Source: a virus (lineage: Duplodnaviria; Caudoviricetes). Taken from it: DNA of 64,000 bases. Positions 38,441-48,106 of the stretch are shown here, piece by piece. The DNA is taken from positions 3,250 through 67,249 of IMG/VR virus record IMGVR_UViG_3300022553_000001, one strand, 5' to 3'. The position numbers and the translations under genes were made by a program. Position 1 is the stretch's first letter; each line of letters opens with the position of its first letter. Below the pieces are notes generated by a model that saw nothing but the letters and a program-made list of their open reading frames with translations, searched no databases and was not told the DNA's origin.

Positions 38441-39411
38441 TTCCCTGCCATCCTTTCCGCTTGCCGAATTGCCTCGACCACCAACGGATGCTCGCCGACC
38501 AATTCTCTCAAATCTTGCAACCGCTCGCCCGGGGCAACTTTGCGCGCCGAGTCGCGCGTTACTCGCGCGCAGGTATCCCGAACCGCCGGGTGTGCCAAAC
38601 CGAAATGCTCAACATTGTAAACGCGATCCCATATCTCGTTGCTTCGCCTAGGATAACTACGCTCAAGTCCCCAGACAATTTCCCGCATGAGATGGGTAAT
38701 TGCGCTCTGTGACAACTTATCATCTACCACCTCATCAATATGGGTGAACCCACGTGCTATGCCCACATAGCCCAGTACTGCATGAAAAGCGCAATGACAA
38801 TACCACTTCAGCGCCCAACTAAAATCCATATCGCTTGAGCAAAAAATACCCTTGATATGTTCCAGCCCTTTCTCCAATGTATCTGGAACGACCAAGTACC
38901 CCGTACTGTCCCCGTTCGCCAGCGCCGGGTCGAGCGCCTGTACTTCGAGGTCAACCTCAGGTATTATACACTCCGCAATGCCCTGATTGAAAATAAGATT
39001 ATTAATCGTCTCGTTAGCAAGTCCCTGTGTCAAATTCTTTAAGTGTAAATCCGCGTGGGGCATATTCTCTACGACCAATACATCTATACGCTTGGCATCT
39101 TTCGGCCTGCCCACAAGAACGCTAGCCAATCGATTGGCAACCTCTTCCATATTTTCCACACGTACACAACAAACAACTATGTCCGTTACCGCCAGGGATT
39201 CGTCCTCTGCGCTCAACATACACGCCGCCACCGGCCCGACCCACTGCAACCCGTTGCCGGTATTCAGCGGATAGTAGCCATTCGTTGAAAGACGCCGCAC
39301 TACTTCTACCCGCTTTTCGACAAACACCACGCGGTACCCGGCATTACAGAAAATTCGACCGATTAAGCCACGGCCAATCTGTCCGGCTCCATAAATCAGG
39401 ATTCGCATCAT
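38437..39411 (-). CDS. mannitol-1-phosphate 5-dehydrogenase-like oxidoreductase
   Basis: YGAGQIGRGLIG, VENM, HAVLGYVG, RVTRDSARKVAPGERL. Confidence 0.8.
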   Translation of the reverse strand: MMRILIYGAGQIGRGLIGRIFCNAGYRVVFVEKRVEVVRRLSTNGYYPLNTGNGLQWVGPVAACMLSAEDESLAVTDIVVCCVRVENMEEVANRLASVLVGRPKDAKRIDVLVVENMPHADLHLKNLTQGLANETINNLIFNQGIAECIIPEVDLEVQALDPALANGDSTGYLVVPDTLEKGLEHIKGIFCSSDMDFSWALKWYCHCAFHAVLGYVGIARGFTHIDEVVDDKLSQSAITHLMREIVWGLERSYPRRSNEIWDRVYNVEHFGLAHPAVRDTCARVTRDSARKVAPGERLQDLRELVGEHPLVVEAIRQAERMAGK

Positions 39412-39695
39412 ACGTCCTTCAAATCCTGTCTAAAGGATTGCGCTAAATAACCATCAACCCATTCCTTAATTGCTCCCATTGGAGTTTCACCATAGCCTAT
39501 TGCTGTATCTGGTTCGATCGATTCTGGCGCATCTGCCAAAACCGCCATAAAGACTTTTTGCTGCCTTTCTCGATCATTATAATATCTGATTTCAAAACTA
39601 ATAATTTGTCCTCTCCGTTTATTTTCGCTTATATCTATCCCCTGCTCTGTCTCAATTTTGATTTTGCCTAGCGCGTCTTCCGCCTTACTACTCAT
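39408..39695 (-). CDS. hypothetical protein
   Basis: 95-aa coupled ORF. Confidence 0.55.
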   Translation of the reverse strand: MSSKAEDALGKIKIETEQGIDISENKRRGQIISFEIRYYNDRERQQKVFMAVLADAPESIEPDTAIGYGETPMGAIKEWVDGYLAQSFRQDLKDV

Positions 39696-39931
39696 TTTAT
39701 TTCCTCCATTTCAATTGTATTCTGATTTAAGTCTTCTATTTTCTCCAATGCCCGATAATAAATGCTACTAACAGTACCGTAAGAAATTTTAAGCATTTCA
39801 GCAATTCTCCTAAATGTTATGCCTTGTTGACGTAAATCAAAAATCTGTTTCTCGCGCGGCGCTAACTGAGTTATGGGCGAATGATTTAAGTGCCAGCCTT
39901 CTCTGCTTTTTCTGCCCCTGGAGCATCCCAT
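39692..39931 (-). CDS. sigma region-4/LuxR-type HTH protein
   Basis: LAPREKQIFDLRQQGITFRRIAEMLKISYGTV. Confidence 0.75.
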   Translation of the reverse strand: MGCSRGRKSREGWHLNHSPITQLAPREKQIFDLRQQGITFRRIAEMLKISYGTVSSIYYRALEKIEDLNQNTIEMEEIK

Positions 39932-39934
39932 TCT

Positions 39935-41149
39935 CTACCTCGTCTCAATCTTGATTTTACTCAGCGCGTCTTTCGCCTTGCCTACCGCTTCCTGGCGTGA
40001 ATTGCCACTTGTCACTACGAACAAAGGGCGGTCCACACAGGTCGTGTACTCTGGAATAATATCGCCGACGTGAACACGCGAAAATACCAATACATCGTCT
40101 GGTACGTCTTTTGTAATATTCGTGATCTTGCCCGGCCTGGGAAATGCCGCCAAGGCGACTGCGTGGCGATATTGGCGCGGCATGAAATCATCCCAGTCGA
40201 TCTCTTCGCCCAGCGCGAGTTTCATCGCGCCGCGAATGTAGTTAACGCCGTGTGCCAATGGAGAAGAAAATTGACAATCCCCGCCCCCCGAAAGCCGCGC
40301 CGTAGTCTCTAAAATTCGTGCGCCTTTGTTGGTCAGCATTACATCTGCCTTAAAAATACCATTCGACATTCCCAAGACTTTGCCGGCTGCCAACACTAAT
40401 TGCTCAACCTTTTGTTGTTTCTCCGGGGAATGCAGAGCTGGGTTATAATGTCCTAACTCAATAGCATACTTTCCAGAGCCAAGAAAAGGACGGTCGACCC
40501 AGTTGAGCCAATTTCCCTTTCCATTATACCACACGGTCTCGACGCTCTGCTCTGTAATTTCTTCACTGGAATCAGGTTGTAGAAGCTCCTCTACCAACAC
40601 CAAGCCGTCACTCGAGACAGAGCGCGTGTGTTCAAATTGTTCTTTAGTTACATCGGCGAATTGATACGCTTTGAATACTCCGCGCGAACCACTACTGTCG
40701 GTGGCTTTAAGAATACACGGAAAGGTCATGTACTCATCTACAAATCTCTCCCACCGGTCATAAACCGCAAAGTGAACACTAGATAAACCTGCATTCAATA
40801 ATCTGACCCGCATCAAAGACTTATTTGCAATGCGTTTTGCTGTATTATAGTCAATCCCCGGCAACCCGAGTTCCTCGGCAACTCCGGCAACAGTCATCTC
40901 TACCGACGCTCCTTCTGTAAAAATCCCAGCGAGATTCTTCAGGGAATGTGCTAACTTAATATGACCCTCAATATCTTTTGTATCAATGAGACAAAATTCA
41001 TCGGCAAGCTTAGCACAGGCACACTCTGGATTTTTGTCGGTCACAATAACATAAAGTCCTAGTTCGTGTGCAATTTTTACAGCGGTCTGTTGGAGCAATC
41101 CTCCCGCTACCAGAATGAGACTCTTCCCAGAATATTTAGACATTACCAT
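39935..41149 (-). CDS. ATP-grasp ligase
   Basis: AGGLLQ, NKSLMR, ILKATDSSGSRGV, ADV..ILETTARLSGG. Confidence 0.88.
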   Translation of the reverse strand: MVMSKYSGKSLILVAGGLLQQTAVKIAHELGLYVIVTDKNPECACAKLADEFCLIDTKDIEGHIKLAHSLKNLAGIFTEGASVEMTVAGVAEELGLPGIDYNTAKRIANKSLMRVRLLNAGLSSVHFAVYDRWERFVDEYMTFPCILKATDSSGSRGVFKAYQFADVTKEQFEHTRSVSSDGLVLVEELLQPDSSEEITEQSVETVWYNGKGNWLNWVDRPFLGSGKYAIELGHYNPALHSPEKQQKVEQLVLAAGKVLGMSNGIFKADVMLTNKGARILETTARLSGGGDCQFSSPLAHGVNYIRGAMKLALGEEIDWDDFMPRQYRHAVALAAFPRPGKITNITKDVPDDVLVFSRVHVGDIIPEYTTCVDRPLFVVTSGNSRQEAVGKAKDALSKIKIETR

Positions 41150-41933
41150 CTCTCCTTAGTGCACTGTCTATCAATCCCAATGTTTCCTCTTCTTGTTTTT
41201 TAATAAGACACTCTGGCAATCTCAAGATTCCCAGGCCCAATCCCCTAAGCTTTATATCCTTGCGTATATCCTTTTCTTTTGCGCCGGGTAAATTGTGCCA
41301 ATAGTCACCGTCTGTCTCAATACAGAGTTTCTGATCAGGACAAAAGAAATCAACGATACCAATTCCGTTAAATACTTTTTCTGGAACCACCCGCACTCCC
41401 CACGAAAGAAGAACCTCCAAAACTCTTTTCTCAATCTCTGTCTGTTTAACAAATCCACTTTTTCTAAGTTTTATCGCTTGTTCCCTTGAAGATTCCCTCT
41501 GCCGATCTGTTTTAGGCAAAGAATTCATAGTTCTAATATTGCGCCTAGATGCCTGCTTCTGAGATTCGGTATGTGGTAATTTTCCAACTATTCTGCCGTT
41601 CTTCCTCGATTTCTCTTTCATCTCTGGGCGATTCATTACAACAGTAAAATTCTTTCTCGATGCCTCGCGCATTTCGGGGGTCTTATTACGCGCAACCGTA
41701 ACTCGCCGCATTTCCTCCGTTTTATTCCGCCTCACCACCATCTGCCTGCTTCTCGTCCTGCCTTCAGAAGACTGATTCAGGGCGATCAAGTGTTTTCTAG
41801 ACCATTCTCTATGATCTACATTTCTAGCACTTGATTGGCGCATTTTATTTTTCGTCTCTTCACTCGCCTTCTTTCCTAATTTAGCCTGCCTCATCCGCTC
41901 TTTTGATTCTTCTGTCTGTTTACCGTGTTCCAT
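41136..41933 (-). CDS. NUMOD3-repeat DUF559/Vsr-like endonuclease (free-standing homing endonuclease)
   Basis: SEETKNKMRQS repeats; VDFFCPDQKLCIETDGDYWH. Confidence 0.8.
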   Translation of the reverse strand: MEHGKQTEESKERMRQAKLGKKASEETKNKMRQSSARNVDHREWSRKHLIALNQSSEGRTRSRQMVVRRNKTEEMRRVTVARNKTPEMREASRKNFTVVMNRPEMKEKSRKNGRIVGKLPHTESQKQASRRNIRTMNSLPKTDRQRESSREQAIKLRKSGFVKQTEIEKRVLEVLLSWGVRVVPEKVFNGIGIVDFFCPDQKLCIETDGDYWHNLPGAKEKDIRKDIKLRGLGLGILRLPECLIKKQEEETLGLIDSALRRDGNV

Positions 41934-42820
41934 ATTTTCACCGCCATCACTACCAAATCTCTTCCCATCCCTGTGCTCGCCATCGCTTGCTGGATATGCA
42001 CCAAATCCTGTATCCCCTCTGCGCTCTGGTGCATCGCCATTTCGAACTTCTTGCGTCGGGCGTGGACTTGTCGCCCTAGTTTCTGATTGCCTATATAATC
42101 ATCGCCCTGGAGTAAAAACATTTCCATAGGATAAGTAGAATAGAATTGCTGGATCTGAAAACCGTGCTTGCCCAACAATAAACCCAAAGATCGCAAATTG
42201 AAATAGTTTATATGTGACTTATCAATCCACCAAGCGTCTTTCTTTTTCAGTTCGCGCTGGGCAATCTGTTGAATATTAGTGAAATCATTAGGAACTGCGA
42301 GCAATAACCGACCCCCGGGCTTAAGAGTCTTTCTGAATTTCTCCAGTACCGCGCTCGGATCGAGCAAATGCTCCAAGACCCACGCGGCGCGAATGACCTC
42401 TGCTGAGTTCTCAACCATTTCTGCAGTTTCAATGAATCCTTGTTGATAAGGTAATTGATATTGTTTAAGAACTTGGCAGGCAAACGGACTAGGCTCCAAT
42501 CCCTCTGCGTCCCAGCCTAACTTCTGAGCATATTCTAGACATTGCCCAAACCCCGCGCCGATATCGAGAAAATGATTCGCGCTCTTCTGTGCCACTCCCA
42601 GCATTGCTAATTCCATTCGTAGGGATGCCTCGATCCAATCGGCATCTTCCTCTGATTCCTGGAGCCAGGACTTTTTGTCCTGTTCGTAAAAGGGATGCTG
42701 ATAATATTCGGTCAATTGTTTTTCAGTCGGCAATGGAAATAGGTGGGCAAACTTACATTGCTCACAATCCATAACTTCCAGTTTGTCATTTCTACCAATG
42801 ATTGCGCCGGTGTGAGTCAT
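41891..42820 (-). CDS. class I SAM methyltransferase with N-terminal Cys pair
   Basis: CEQC, FLDIGAGFG, VLEHLLDP, LAVPND, HINYF. Confidence 0.88.
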   Translation of the reverse strand: MTHTGAIIGRNDKLEVMDCEQCKFAHLFPLPTEKQLTEYYQHPFYEQDKKSWLQESEEDADWIEASLRMELAMLGVAQKSANHFLDIGAGFGQCLEYAQKLGWDAEGLEPSPFACQVLKQYQLPYQQGFIETAEMVENSAEVIRAAWVLEHLLDPSAVLEKFRKTLKPGGRLLLAVPNDFTNIQQIAQRELKKKDAWWIDKSHINYFNLRSLGLLLGKHGFQIQQFYSTYPMEMFLLQGDDYIGNQKLGRQVHARRKKFEMAMHQSAEGIQDLVHIQQAMASTGMGRDLVVMAVKIWNTVNRQKNQKSG

Positions 42821-43166
42821 TCTGTTGTATCCATAAAAAATTGAATACAGAATGCACTCACTAATAAATATATGAAAGCCACAAAATAACCTTTTTCACC
42901 CCCTACCAATATTGCAATTATATACACGCTAAGCACCCAAAAAACAAACAGAATCAAAGAGACAAAAATAGTCATTTCCCCTCCGTCACTTCTTTCCAAC
43001 CTAGTGCGTCCAATATACTTTCAGAAAAATCACGATAAGTAATCCTATCGTGCTTTGGAATCTTAAATTCGCTTTTAGGCATTTCTTCATCTGATTCAAG
43101 TCCGTGTAAATCAATAAACTCACATAATATGCTATCAATTACTTTTATCGCTTGTTGTTTTGTCAT
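42817..43166 (-). CDS. two small ORFs (one hypothetical, one membrane)
   Basis: 42972-43166 hypothetical; 42817-42975 hydrophobic. Confidence 0.45.
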
Positions 43167-43167
43167 T

Positions 43168-44145
43168 TCATTTCCTCCCGGTCACTTCTTTCCAGAACTC
43201 GCCGATCCGCTGCCAAGTCCCAGTATCAGATGCTTTCTGCACACATTCCATAAATTCTAAATTCAATATGCCCTGCAGAAGATCCGGTTGTCCTTGGTAT
43301 TTTTGTTCAATGCACTTGACCAAATGCTCCATCTCCGCGCGATACATTGCGTCCGCGTCGCTATAGTCCATATTCCAAACCGTTGAATTGTTATCAACAA
43401 TATTATCCAATCCAGTAGTCACAGCACAAATCTCATTGCGCCACGGCGATTGCCAAAAATCATTATGTATGCTGACCTGCGCGCCGTTCTTCATCCGCAA
43501 AAGCAATGTAGCATCATCATCAACCTCAATCCCCAACTCGCCGCTATTGGAAATCAGCCCCGTGACCGCCTCGATCTCACCAAAGAGCCATTGCGCTTGG
43601 TCTAGTGAATGCGAGAGCGACGATAAAACAATTCCGCCATTTTCTTTGCTTGCGTAAATCAACGAATGATAATCGCGCCCTGGTGTCCAGTCTTTTAAAT
43701 GCTGCCCAGAGTTAATTGAGCCATATAAAAGGTTCTGCTTATTCACAAACTGCGCACGCCAAGCAATTAGACTCGGGCAAAACCGATACGATTGACCCAT
43801 AATACCCTGGAGACTATTTACCTGCATCTTATAAACCAGTTGCGCAATCTTCTTCTTATCTAGAGAATTGCTTAGCGGCTTTTCGATAAATAAATTACAA
43901 CCTCTGCCGGCGACTCGTAACGCAATATCTAGATGACTTAATGGCGGCGTGCAAATCAGTGCGACATCAAACTCATAATTCATTGCATAGTCTACGTTGC
44001 CAAATCCTACTACGTGCAACCCGTTAACCAACAATGCAACCTTACTAGAATCAACATCGCAGATTGCGACCTCGACTCCCAATTCCCTGAGCAGCCGAGC
44101 GCGACGAGAACCCATCGATCCTGCGCCGATAACTAATGCTCTCAT
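43168..44145 (-). CDS. Gfo/Idh/MocA family oxidoreductase
   Basis: IGAGSMG, ICTPP..H, FIEKPL, SHSLD..WLFG. Confidence 0.9.
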   Translation of the reverse strand: MRALVIGAGSMGSRRARLLRELGVEVAICDVDSSKVALLVNGLHVVGFGNVDYAMNYEFDVALICTPPLSHLDIALRVAGRGCNLFIEKPLSNSLDKKKIAQLVYKMQVNSLQGIMGQSYRFCPSLIAWRAQFVNKQNLLYGSINSGQHLKDWTPGRDYHSLIYASKENGGIVLSSLSHSLDQAQWLFGEIEAVTGLISNSGELGIEVDDDATLLLRMKNGAQVSIHNDFWQSPWRNEICAVTTGLDNIVDNNSTVWNMDYSDADAMYRAEMEHLVKCIEQKYQGQPDLLQGILNLEFMECVQKASDTGTWQRIGEFWKEVTGRK

Positions 44146-45302
44146 TGATTCGCTATTTCCTTACACGTATCATAACATGCCTCTACCGTCTTATAAATAA
44201 CCTCTTCCGTATGTGCCATTGTCACGTAAAACGGATGAGCCATTATATAGAATCCGCGCGCGAACATCCCATCGCGCCACTTATTCAGCCATTCTTTTTC
44301 CGCATTAACCAAGATCGGTCTGGTTGCGTTTCCTACCATCCGTGCCGACAAGTCAAAGTTCTCAAATACGCTGTTCATCTGCACTTTGAGCAATTCGCCG
44401 CGTGCATAGAGCGTAGGGTAGAGAATTGTTTTGTTCTCTGAAATCCACTTTAAGGTTGCCGCCGCGACACTAGTCGCCAGTCCACTGCCATTAAATGTAC
44501 TAGAATAGTGAACTCCGGCCGTCAACAGATTCATTACATCGCTTCTACCCAATAAGGCACTTATGTTAAAACCGTTGCCCAGGGTTTTTCCGCAACAGAC
44601 CAAGTCTGCCTCGACGCCATATCGCTCTTGCGCCCCGCCCGGCGCGACACGGAAATTTGTTACGACATCGTCGAGAATGAATAGTGCGCCGACTTTCGTT
44701 GCCCAAATACGACATTGCATAAGAAATTGACATGCCTCTATATCCTCTGGAGGTACCTCAATAATAATAGCCGCAATATGCGAAGGTAGCTTAATAATCG
44801 CATCAAAATCGCCCCAGTTAAACTGCCGAGTCAGCCACCACATTTCGCTAGGTATCCCACGACGCTCATCAATACCTAAATCATTCGCGTTGGGATTATG
44901 GGGAAAGGAAGTTCCAGTACCGTGGTAGCCTGAAAACGCAATCACGTTGCGTTTTGTAAAAGCCCGCGCCAGCCGCGTTGCCGCCTCGTTCGGAGAACTG
45001 CCATCACTCATAAAGCGGCAACTTTCCATGTTCGGATAGAATTCTTGCAACCGTTCGGCGGCGAGCAATTCACTTTCCGCCGGCAATGAAGTAGCACAAT
45101 TCATCGCGGCGTCGTACAGAGCATCCTTCCACCATTGCGGAGAATAACCATCAAGCGCGCCGTGAAGTCCCATTGCCCAATCCACGACCGGCGTACGACC
45201 CTGAATTGCCATATAGCAACCATAGGACAATGCGCTTCGCTGCTTCGTGCGGGTGATCCAATCGCCTTTGCTGGTGATTGAGGCGCCGCCAACAATATTC
45301 AT
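44142..45302 (-). CDS. class III PLP aminotransferase (GSA-aminomutase-like)
   Basis: SDGSSPNEAATRLAR, GYHG, ILDDVVTNFR, GKTLGNG, SSTFNG. Confidence 0.85.
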   Translation of the reverse strand: MNIVGGASITSKGDWITRTKQRSALSYGCYMAIQGRTPVVDWAMGLHGALDGYSPQWWKDALYDAAMNCATSLPAESELLAAERLQEFYPNMESCRFMSDGSSPNEAATRLARAFTKRNVIAFSGYHGTGTSFPHNPNANDLGIDERRGIPSEMWWLTRQFNWGDFDAIIKLPSHIAAIIIEVPPEDIEACQFLMQCRIWATKVGALFILDDVVTNFRVAPGGAQERYGVEADLVCCGKTLGNGFNISALLGRSDVMNLLTAGVHYSSTFNGSGLATSVAAATLKWISENKTILYPTLYARGELLKVQMNSVFENFDLSARMVGNATRPILVNAEKEWLNKWRDGMFARGFYIMAHPFYVTMAHTEEVIYKTVEACYDTCKEIANQ

Positions 45303-45444
45303 CTTAATTCGCTCCGATCCTCACGAATTATCATTAGCCACACAAATAGATCGAGAATAAATCCCGCCAATACCCAAATCCAATCGCCATGAGCAATGGC
45401 ATAGAATACCATTGCCACAGGTACAAAAGAAACCAAGAGACAAA

Positions 45445-46182
45445 TCACCCGCATAGTTTTGCTATCCTTTCAAACTCGTGCGGTAACAATGACCACGCTG
45501 CTTCTATATTATCAGTGGATAACGCAAAATGTTTCTCGATCACGGATACTCCGAGTTTAGTCGCAAGCCAACAATCTAAATTTGATTTGGTGTGTGAACT
45601 CCATCCCCACTTTAGTTTCTGCGAATTGAAAAAATGCGCCCAGCGTGGCAATGCTAAGAGCGCGCGAACCAATGGCGTGGGATATTGGGAAATAGTTGCC
45701 AAGTGCATGGTATGACGGTCGTAGTTGATATATTTCTGCTTGGAGATCGAGCGGTAGATTCTTATATCCGCCCCGCCGTGAGTCAAGGTACTTAGAATCA
45801 AACCGATATTGCCTTGTTCCCGTGCTGCTAACTTGATAAAATCCCCATCCCGTGCAACCATATCCACTGCCTTATCATCAAAGACGCTCGCGCCGACGAA
45901 TAAGTCCATCGAATGGGCGACTTCGACAAAATCAAACCACTTGCGGCGAGGAAATTCGAGAGGGCGTTTTTTATCTACCTCTTTATTATCACTAACATCG
46001 TGCCATCCGGCTTCTGTACTGGTTTCCCAATAGATCTGTGCGGTCTTCCTAAAATGTTCCGCTTTCCATAATTGCACTTTGACCGCATCTGCGCCAGCAA
46101 GTTTCGCTGCCGCACACCACACAGTAAAATCCCAATCAGGAGCTGGGTTGCTGCCGAATTCAGCAATGATAAATGGATTCAT
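45445..46182 (-). CDS. neuB: NeuB/PseI-family nonulosonate synthase lacking the C-terminal AFP/SAF domain
   Basis: FIIAEFGSN, GADAVKVQ, SVFD, ISQYPTP, SSHT, IEKHF. Confidence 0.82.
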   Translation of the reverse strand: MNPFIIAEFGSNPAPDWDFTVWCAAAKLAGADAVKVQLWKAEHFRKTAQIYWETSTEAGWHDVSDNKEVDKKRPLEFPRRKWFDFVEVAHSMDLFVGASVFDDKAVDMVARDGDFIKLAAREQGNIGLILSTLTHGGADIRIYRSISKQKYINYDRHTMHLATISQYPTPLVRALLALPRWAHFFNSQKLKWGWSSHTKSNLDCWLATKLGVSVIEKHFALSTDNIEAAWSLLPHEFERIAKLCG

Positions 46183-46354
46183 CGTTTCTCCAGCCAAGTT
46201 GCCCAAGAACCAATGGATTTAGATGAATGGGCGAAACACATACCTATTTCTCTATAACCACGCAATTTGCAAAGTTGAATTGTTCTATTCTGAATTTGCT
46301 CAAAGAATAAACTACAAAGTGTCATCCTTCTATGACAACAATTCTGGCAATATT

Positions 46355-47320
46355 TTATTGGATTTGCTTTAGCCATTCTCGAATCTCCTCGACAGATAGC
46401 GGGGTCAAATTGCTCGCGTAGAAATCGTCTGGATACATTTTGTCTCCCCAGATTTCTGCCGATACCCATTCCTTAGCTACTGGCAAAACAACAAAGCAAT
46501 TATCTTGTTGCAAGGTTCGATAAGCCTCGTGCTGCGAAATTAGGGTTTCGTGCATCTTTTCACCAGGCCGCATGCCTACTAATTCCACCGGCCAAATGTC
46601 GTTCCTAAGATCAAGCCATGCTTTGGCCAAATCCCCTATTGACATTGAGCGAATTTTCGGTACAAATATCTCACCGCCGACCATATTGCACAGAGCATTT
46701 TCCACGAGCAGACACGCCTCGTCAATCGTCATGAAAAAGCGCGTCATTGCCAAGTTGGTAATTTGAATCCTCCCGACCTCAGCCAACTGTTTTTCCCAAA
46801 GCGGTATTACCGATCCCCGCGACCCCCAAACATTGCCATATCGAACACAGGAAAAACGCGTTTGACTAGAGTATACATTGGCTTGGCAAAAAAGACTCTC
46901 CATTACCGCCTTACTTTTCCCATAAAGGTTAACTGGAGCACATGCCTTATCCGAAGACAAAGCGACAACCTTTTTCACGCCACAATAAATCGCCGCGTCA
47001 ATTACATTCATCGCTCCAAAAATATTGGTTAGAATCGCTTCTTTTGGATTATATTCCGCTGTATCAATTTGTTTCAGCGCCGCCGCATGAATGACAATAT
47101 CTATTCCGTCAAATGCTCGTTCAAGTCTATTCTCATCACGCACATCACCAATGAACCAACGCAATCGAAAATCATCATTCAACGCGACGCGCATCTGTTG
47201 CTGCTTTAATTCATCGCGTGAAAAAATGCAAACACGTTCATAGTCCGAAGATTTCAATAACCTCCGAATGAACGCATTTCCAAACGTGCCGGTTGCTCCC
47301 GTGATTAAAATTGAAGACAC
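46355..47320 (-). CDS. pseB: UDP-GlcNAc 4,6-dehydratase (PseB/FlaA1-like)
   Basis: TGATGTFG, FSRDELKQ, HAAALKQ, SSDKA..NLYGKSK, RYGNVWGSRGSVIP, MTRF. Confidence 0.92.
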   Translation of the reverse strand: MSSILITGATGTFGNAFIRRLLKSSDYERVCIFSRDELKQQQMRVALNDDFRLRWFIGDVRDENRLERAFDGIDIVIHAAALKQIDTAEYNPKEAILTNIFGAMNVIDAAIYCGVKKVVALSSDKACAPVNLYGKSKAVMESLFCQANVYSSQTRFSCVRYGNVWGSRGSVIPLWEKQLAEVGRIQITNLAMTRFFMTIDEACLLVENALCNMVGGEIFVPKIRSMSIGDLAKAWLDLRNDIWPVELVGMRPGEKMHETLISQHEAYRTLQQDNCFVVLPVAKEWVSAEIWGDKMYPDDFYASNLTPLSVEEIREWLKQIQ

Positions 47321-47533
47321 TTAATTTTCCTTTTGCGCTTCGCGCCACGTTGTAAAAGCATCGTCGAGTTCATCGTAATAATCGGAGGTTTCGCCCCACA
47401 ATTCCCAAAGCGCCTTGAATACAGGACTCTCTAGAAACTTATCCCACTGGGCTTCGGCAAACTTATCGTATGCTTTGCTTTTGAGAAATTGGTCGAACAC
47501 CGGAGTTTCATAAGGATTAACTTCTTCTGGCAT
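47321..47533 (-). CDS. small acidic hypothetical protein
   Basis: AAGGAG SD; first ORF after the promoter leader. Confidence 0.6.
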   Translation of the reverse strand: MPEEVNPYETPVFDQFLKSKAYDKFAEAQWDKFLESPVFKALWELWGETSDYYDELDDAFTTWREAQKEN

Positions 47534-47735
47534 TTTGCTCCTTTACTCAATACAAAAATCCAACATACGCCGTAATTAGCACTGCAAATTGTTGGATCGA
47601 ACCAGTCACCACGCCGCTATTCAATGGTAAACTCCCTTGTAACATTTTGTTTTGAGAGGTAGGCGTCCTGTGTAGCTATCGGCACAGGACGCCTTTCCGA
47701 GGAGGAGAAGAGCGCGTCCACTGCCCTTCGACCCT

Positions 47736-47769
47736 ATTATACGCCTAAATCAACTCTGTGAACCTTAAA
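47736..47769 (-). promoter_or_regulatory. phage promoter TTTAAGGTT-N19-TATAAT upstream of the sugar cluster
   Basis: Exact motif and spacing. Confidence 0.8.
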
Positions 47770-47771
47770 AA

Positions 47772-48056
47772 TTATTGTGTTTCAGTTGTTGGCGCGCTCA
47801 CAGCATTCTGCATCTTCCACGCTGTCCAAACCGCAAGCAATCCGTCGTTGCGATGCGCTTCGAGCAATGCCTTGAACAACGCGCGCTCTTCTTTGCGATG
47901 CAAAGAGTGGGTGCTTTCCAGACACCGCCAAGCAAACGACTGAAATTGCTTACGATACCGCTTGCGTGTCTCTTGATTATCTTGGCTGGTCTGTATTCGC
48001 AACAGCGTGTCCCACTTCCCTGCCTTAATCTGTTTCTCGAACGTTTCGTCCTTCAT
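47772..48056 (-). CDS. hypothetical protein
   Basis: 94-aa ORF. Confidence 0.5.
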   Translation of the reverse strand: MKDETFEKQIKAGKWDTLLRIQTSQDNQETRKRYRKQFQSFAWRCLESTHSLHRKEERALFKALLEAHRNDGLLAVWTAWKMQNAVSAPTTETQ

Positions 48057-48106
48057 TTTGCCCCCTAAGTTTCAATCCAATATTCCCTGTGAAGGGAACA
48101 ATTTAA

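Noticed and set aside
41136-41933. Endonuclease as an intron-encoded ORF within the sugar cluster
   Set aside because: Flanking genes look complete and overlap it directly; no P7 or splice-site elements seen
37047-47320. Sugar cluster as contaminating host capsule or flagellar glycosylation DNA
   Set aside because: It is interleaved with phage-type small ORFs and a homing endonuclease, preceded by the phage-specific promoter and co-oriented between terminase and portal; still worth a read-mapping check
47590-47612. tRNA-like T-loop GGTTCGATCC on the - strand
   Set aside because: Only a 3-bp flanking stem; no acceptor, D or anticodon arms can be built
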